Assembly (NCBI GenBank): GCA_038205935.1
Contig: JBBRBK010000020.1
Span: 1-31,122, forward strand
Length of the DNA stretch: 31,122 bases
Direction: 5' to 3'
Source: Campylobacterales bacterium
Lineage (GTDB): Bacteria > Campylobacterota > Campylobacteria > Campylobacterales > Sulfurimonadaceae
This document shows positions 27,818 to 31,122 of the stretch, piece after piece. The notes under the pieces were generated by a model that made no database searches, was not told the origin of the DNA, and saw nothing but the letters and a program-made list of their open reading frames with translations. A program made the position numbers and the translations under genes. Numbering within the stretch: position 1 is the first letter of the stretch; every line of letters begins with the position of its first letter.

Positions 27818-29054
27818 TAACGACTATTTTATTTCGCCCTGATTTTTTTGCTTCATAGAGAGCTTTGTCAGCGAGATTAAAGAGTGTTTTTTGATCTTTT
27901 TCTTTTTGCATTTGTGTGATCCCCATACTTACGCTTATATGTAGGCCGTCAAAATCATGTTGAAAGATCATATTTTTAAGCACATTGGCTATGTTTTTTG
28001 CTTCTTCGATTTTTCTCTCCGTCAGAACGACAAACTCCTCGCCACCCCATCGAAACAGCTCATCTTTACCAAAAATCATAAATGCTTTGACAAGACGTGA
28101 AAACTCTTTTAAGATAAAATCTCCCTTATCATGTCCATAATCATCATTTACTTTTTTGAAGAAATCAATATCCATAAGTATTATAGAAAACTCTTTACCC
28201 TCTTTTATCTTTTCCTGAATCACTTCTTCATATTTTTTTCTATTAAATTGCTGTGTCAATGAGTCAAGATAGATCTCATCAAGCATCTTCTGTTTATTTC
28301 GTCTCTCTTGCGTGATATCATAACTTACACTGAAATAATAGGCTCTTTTTCCATTTTCATCACTAATGGTCTTTATCTTTTTTTTGTCATAATAAATAGT
28401 TCCATCTTTTTTTCTATTGACAAAAATACCTTCAAATTCACCCTCTTTTATAAGTGTCTGCCACATACTTTTATAAAAACTACTATCTTGCTGTCCAGAT
28501 TTTAGAAGCTTAGAGTGTTTACCAACAAGGGAAGCTTGCGAATATCCTACGTTTTGACAAAAAGAGTCATTTGCATACACAATCTTTGCCTCAAGGTCTG
28601 TCACAAGAATCATTCCAGGAGCACTCTTCACAACAGCTTGAAGTAAGAAATTATCATTTTTTATCTTCATATATTTTGTAATTATCTTTTGAAAAGAGAT
28701 GTAAGCTATAGTTTGATTTTGCTCATCCTTGAGATGAGAGACACTCCACTGTGCCATATATTCAGTGCCGTCTTTTTTGTAGTTGATATTTTGCCCTACA
28801 AAATTTTTACCATCTTGAAGATCTTTTCTTAATTGTTCGAGTATATTATAATTTGTACGTCTGCCATAAAGGATACTTGGATTTTGTCCTATGATCTCAT
28901 TTTTTTCATATAAAGTCTCACGGCAAAAAGCTTCATTGACAAAAATTATCTTTACACCTCCATCCAAAGAAGCCGTCGTAATAATAATGGGTTCAAGCGC
29001 ATTATCAAAACTTTCAAGAAGTGATTTAATTCCAATATTTTCAATATTTATCAT
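27810..29054 (-). CDS. PAS-PAS-GGDEF diguanylate cyclase
   Basis: Two PAS domains (NYKKDG, NRKKDG), DIDFFKKVND, RWGGEEF; start moved to MINIE after the ABC1 stop. Confidence 0.9.
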   Translation of the reverse strand: MINIENIGIKSLLESFDNALEPIIITTASLDGGVKIIFVNEAFCRETLYEKNEIIGQNPSILYGRRTNYNILEQLRKDLQDGKNFVGQNINYKKDGTEYMAQWSVSHLKDEQNQTIAYISFQKIITKYMKIKNDNFLLQAVVKSAPGMILVTDLEAKIVYANDSFCQNVGYSQASLVGKHSKLLKSGQQDSSFYKSMWQTLIKEGEFEGIFVNRKKDGTIYYDKKKIKTISDENGKRAYYFSVSYDITQERRNKQKMLDEIYLDSLTQQFNRKKYEEVIQEKIKEGKEFSIILMDIDFFKKVNDDYGHDKGDFILKEFSRLVKAFMIFGKDELFRWGGEEFVVLTERKIEEAKNIANVLKNMIFQHDFDGLHISVSMGITQMQKEKDQKTLFNLADKALYEAKKSGRNKIVVNE

Positions 29055-29061
29055 ATGCCAA

Positions 29062-30552
29062 TTATACCTTATAAAAAATTCTGGCAAGGCCGAACACAAA
29101 AACAGCAATAGCAAACTCTTTAAGATCTTTCTCTACTAAGAGCATAAAAATGCCGCCCAACATCAAAGAAAATGAGATTGCATAAGATTTTACACTTATT
29201 TTCAAATCTCGTTTTATCCAATCCAATTGATCATTTGAAACCTCTACATGTAAGGAATCTGAACTGATTTTTTTGATAGCTGTTTTAAAATCTTTAGCGA
29301 TAAAAGGAATATCTTTGATCTCATCTATCAGAGTCTCTAAAATACTATCTTTTGCACCAAGAGCACGAGGGATATTTTTTTGCAAAATCGGTAAAATATC
29401 TTTGATGCCATTGAAATTTTCTATATAGGTCGTTCCAAGTCCCTCGATGATGGCACTCACTCGAAGGATATAGATGGCATCACTTGGGAGTTTAAATGGT
29501 AAATCTCGCGTTGATTCCATTACTTCAAAAGCAAGTTGCTGCATCGATTCACTGGAGAGATTTTCATTTGAAAAAATTTCAAACATCTTGGAGCTAAACT
29601 CTGCAAGCTCTGATGTAGGCGCTTCATAAGCAATAGTTCCAAGCTTTTTACTTGCTTCAATATAACGCTCATAATCCTGCTCATTTGCGGCTTTTATAAG
29701 CTCTATGATGGCAACTCTTGAGTTATTTGGAACAGTTTTGACCATTCCAAAATCTAGCAAAATAAGTTCGCCCTCTTTTGTGACAAGAAGATTTCCAGGA
29801 TGCGGATCAGCGTGAAAATATCCCTTTATAAGCATCTGTGTTGTATAAAAATCAACAAGTTTAGCGATGATACTTTTAAAGTCTATTTTGTATTTAAAGA
29901 TATTCTCTTTATCATCAAAACGAAATCCTTCTTCAAAACTCATCACTATGGCATCGTCACTGCACAGCTCTTTGTAGCTTTTAGGAAATCTAACGCCGCT
30001 CTCTTTGTAGACCGATGAAAACTTTACTAGATTAGCAAGCTCATGTGTGAGACTTACCTCTTGAAGGATCATCTTTGAAAACTCTGATATTACCGCTTCA
30101 ATAGAGTTTTTCGTCGTATGAGAAAAGAGTGGACGAAAAATGATGTTAAAAAAGTTGATAATCTTGATATCTGCTTTGACTTGATCTGCGATAACAAGAC
30201 GTCGAAGCTTCACAGCAACTTTTGTATCATCATACATGTATGCTACATGCACCTGACCAATGGACGCCGAAGCGATGGGAGTCTTGTCAAAACTTTTAAA
30301 ATCATCTGCATTAAAAGCTCTGTTATAGACTATTTCGAACTCTTTTTCGCTCATGGCAGGAAGCTGATCGTGAAGTTCTTTAAGCTCCTCTAAATATTCA
30401 GGCGTAAAAAAATCTGCACGCGTCGCAAGCACTTGAGCAAGTTTAATAAAACTCGCTCCAAGCAAGATGATCGCCGCTTTGAGTTTTTTTGGACTTAGCG
30501 GCTTGATGCCTAAAAAGCTTTCTCTCTTTTTTATAACTAGATAAACAGTCAA
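29062..30552 (-). CDS. ABC1/UbiB/AarF family atypical kinase; true start may be further upstream
   Basis: FIKLAQ, IASASIGQVH, VAVKL, FHADPHPGN, LDFGM. Confidence 0.92.
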   Translation of the reverse strand: MTVYLVIKKRESFLGIKPLSPKKLKAAIILLGASFIKLAQVLATRADFFTPEYLEELKELHDQLPAMSEKEFEIVYNRAFNADDFKSFDKTPIASASIGQVHVAYMYDDTKVAVKLRRLVIADQVKADIKIINFFNIIFRPLFSHTTKNSIEAVISEFSKMILQEVSLTHELANLVKFSSVYKESGVRFPKSYKELCSDDAIVMSFEEGFRFDDKENIFKYKIDFKSIIAKLVDFYTTQMLIKGYFHADPHPGNLLVTKEGELILLDFGMVKTVPNNSRVAIIELIKAANEQDYERYIEASKKLGTIAYEAPTSELAEFSSKMFEIFSNENLSSESMQQLAFEVMESTRDLPFKLPSDAIYILRVSAIIEGLGTTYIENFNGIKDILPILQKNIPRALGAKDSILETLIDEIKDIPFIAKDFKTAIKKISSDSLHVEVSNDQLDWIKRDLKISVKSYAISFSLMLGGIFMLLVEKDLKEFAIAVFVFGLARIFYKV

Positions 30553-30605
30553 TAAAAAAGAAAAGACAGCATAGATCCGCCGTGGTGAATAAAATCCAAG
30601 AGTTT

Positions 30606-30869
30606 TTATTTGAGATCCTCTTTTAATTTTTCTAAGTCCGCTTTTGTAGCAAGACCTAGCTCATCTATGATCTCTTTTAAAGTGGATTTGAGTTTTTCTT
30701 TAAACTTATCATCTTCTTCTTTCCCTTTTTTCTCGATTGACTCTAAAAAGCTTTTTGCATCAGTTGTTTTGAGCTTGCCTTCATCTTCGAGCTTTTTCAC
30801 TTCCGCTTCCACTTTTTCTTTTAAAATACTCGCAGCACCAATGCCTGCATAAATAAGATCTTTTAACAT
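30606..30869 (-). CDS. Phasin-like (COG3937-type) small protein
   Basis: LIYAGIGA N-terminus, charged amphipathic helices, LGLATKADL C-terminus; typical neighbour of ABC1 kinases. Confidence 0.7.
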   Translation of the reverse strand: MLKDLIYAGIGAASILKEKVEAEVKKLEDEGKLKTTDAKSFLESIEKKGKEEDDKFKEKLKSTLKEIIDELGLATKADLEKLKEDLK

Positions 30870-30903
30870 GATTTATCCTTTTAGTTTTACTAAATTGAAA
30901 TGT

Positions 30904-30947
30904 ATGATAACGTAACTCAAATATTATTCATATCCTGATTTTGACAG
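30904..30947 (-). promoter_or_regulatory. Promoter: -10 TATCAT (30904-30909), 17-bp spacer, degenerate shared motif (30927-30947)
   Basis: Plus strand TTCATATCCTGATTTTGACAG; mismatches in both half-sites but identical spacing. Confidence 0.55.
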
Positions 30948-31031
30948 CTGATATATTCTTAAGCAATAAAAAAAATATACTAAAAAACCAACTTTAAGGA
31001 TAATTGGTTAAAATTTCAATCTTCAATAGAT

Positions 31032-31108
31032 GCCGGCATAGCTCAGTTGGCTAGAGCAGCTGATTTGTAATCAGCAGGCCCGGGGTTCAAGTCCTCGTGC
31101 CGGCACCA
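31032..31108 (+). tRNA. tRNA-Thr(TGT)
   Basis: GCCGGCA/TGCCGGC acceptor stem, anticodon arm with TGT, GGTTCAA T-loop, encoded CCA; 77 nt. Confidence 0.97.
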
Positions 31109-31122
31109 CTTTTGCACTTACC

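Larger units (their letters stand above)
2399..30240. repeat. Dispersed palindrome TACATGTA, 14 copies, all intragenic
   Basis: Starts at 2399, 5854, 7177, 7510, 13158, 13256, 18033, 21029, 24995, 25802, 26346, 27422, 29245, 30233 (manual scan). Confidence 0.85.

Noticed and set aside
5987..29114. ORF-track N-terminal extensions (GPx 6045, SRPBCC 6478, THI5-like 7362, UbiD 9280, NirA 23956, DGC 29114)
   Set aside because: They overlap upstream genes or promoters; downstream ATGs fit family N-termini and mostly have SD sequences.
579..30852. Numerous short ORFs (60-125 aa) antisense to or nested in the main genes
   Set aside because: They overlap well-supported CDSs and show no recognisable motifs; shadow ORFs.
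727..30947. Assigning the shared motif to CarH/LitR or an ECF sigma factor
   Set aside because: The 13-bp period does not match the 11-bp CarH repeats, and the -10 boxes are sigma70-type; left unassigned.
31004..31021. TTGGTTAAAATTTCAATC resembling the nitrate palindrome
   Set aside because: Not palindromic; better explained as the TAAAAT -10 of the tRNA promoter.
31032..31122. tRNA as integration site of a genomic island
   Set aside because: The cluster lies on the 5' side of the tRNA; no integrase or duplicated tRNA 3' end seen.

Overview
AT-rich bacterial chromosome segment; gene content (futalosine-type UbiD/MqnL decarboxylase, PglG-like protein, TATAAT/TAAAAT promoters without a canonical -35) suggests Campylobacterota, Sulfurimonas-like (inference). 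Nearly all genes are on the minus strand. Most of the window is a photo-oxidative-stress-type cluster: photolyase, YbgA (DUF523-DUF1722), two lipocalins, glutathione peroxidase, SRPBCC, SDR, NTF2-like, MFS, COG2907-type FAD oxidoreductase, TIGR01777, ABC1 kinase and a phasin-like protein, interleaved with thiD, thiE, a THI5-like protein, pdxH, trpB and c-di-GMP enzymes. It is interrupted by a hybrid kinase/c-di-GMP phosphorelay (15.3-20.8 kb) and a nitrate/nitrite assimilation module (20.9-25.9 kb), and ends in tRNA-Thr(TGT). Three signals are not explained by the gene calls. (1) Six minus-strand promoters carry the same 21-bp motif (plus strand TTYGTAG-N6-TTTGTCAG) exactly 17 bp from their -10 box, pointing to a regulon whose regulator is not in the window. 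(2) The palindrome TACATGTA occurs 14 times, always inside genes and in all three frames (about 1 expected by chance). (3) One CTTACATGTAAG palindrome in the photolyase gene is split at its centre by an 18-bp in-frame GC-rich mini-hairpin insert, suggesting a tiny element that targets or leaves this palindrome.
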